Shown piece after piece: positions 63,271 through 64,000 of a stretch of 64,000 nucleotides of DNA. The translations under genes were made by a program, and so were the position numbers. The number at the start of each line of letters is the position of its first letter. Position 1 is the first letter of the stretch. The notes under the pieces were generated by a model. It was not told where the DNA came from and made no database searches. It worked only from the letters and a program-made list of their open reading frames with translations. Origin of the DNA: Podarcis liolepis (lineage: Eukaryota); assembly GCA_965112155.1 (NCBI GenBank), contig OZ218099.1. One strand, given 5' to 3'.

Positions 63271-64000
63271 TCAATGTGAGCCTGTTCCAGCCAAGTTCAA
63301 AGCAGAGTGGAGGGTTGATGTGATTTATGGGAGTTGTAGCCCCCAAAATCTGGAGGACACCAGGTTGGGGAAGGCTGGCTGGCTCGATACATACATACAT
63401 AGAGAGATGTCTATATGGCCATGAAGGGCTGTGTCCCAAGGCTCTCTTGCCCTTCCCAAATTGGACGTAACCTGGCAAGGGCATTTCTGCTCAGGTGACC
63501 TGGGGAACCAGCCCAGCTGGTAATGCCAATGTCTCAGCGTTTCCTGGGAATGAGTCACAAGGAGCCGATCCTTAAAGCCCCGCCCCTGGTGGTTTCCCAT
63601 GATCAAGTGAAAGGTCCAGGCATAATGCTTTTAATAGGATCAAACTGAAAATCACAAAGGAGTACACAAGCTTTCAAGCTTGACATGGTTTTTGTGCTGC
63701 CTACAATGGTTAATGTTACAATAAGCCTCTGATTTACCTCACTGAGTAAACCTGTGTCTGGCCTGTACCACGTAGCAAGAGAGGAAGTTGCCTTATAGTG
63801 CCTCACCCAGGTTTCAGGCAGGGAGTCTTTTTCCCAGCCCTACCTGGAATCATCAGGGGCCTTATGCCTGCAAGGCAGCCTATGGTTGGGACTCACATGT
63901 AGGAATGTTCATCCATACGAAAAAATAAATCCTGCCAGAGTGAAAGGAATATTCCTGTAACACATACACTCAAGGGCTCAAGTATACTATACTTCTGAAT

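Noticed and set aside
28100-64000. miR-143/miR-145 hairpins or IL17B exons expected downstream of CSNK1A1 by mammalian synteny
   Set aside because: I found neither mature sequence on either strand and no IL17B-like coding sequence. They probably lie beyond the window; a manual scan could miss a diverged exon.

Overview
Vertebrate genomic DNA from a squamate reptile. The Sauria SINE, young L2 LINEs and hAT and Tc1/mariner MITE families point to a lizard, probably a lacertid. Bases 1-~28,000 hold the 3' part of CSNK1A1 (casein kinase 1 alpha) on the + strand: coding exons 3-10 with canonical GT-AG junctions and a well-conserved 3' UTR. Exons 1-2 lie upstream of the window. Two N-runs (7264-7467 and 15171-15342) fall where the alternatively spliced L-insert exon is expected and over most of exon 9 (with the S-insert). 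The 11.6-kb last intron contains several candidate alternative acceptors that would give CK1alpha different short C-terminal tails. Two near-identical mariner-type MITEs in opposite orientation bracket exons 3-9. The rest (28-64 kb) is intergenic: L2 fragments (one with an unbroken 1.1-kb RT frame), SINEs, MITEs, microsatellites, AP-1/TEAD motif clusters and a small GC-rich island. I recognised no second protein-coding gene, structural RNA gene or miRNA hairpin. Nearly all short ORFs in the supplied track are chance ORFs.
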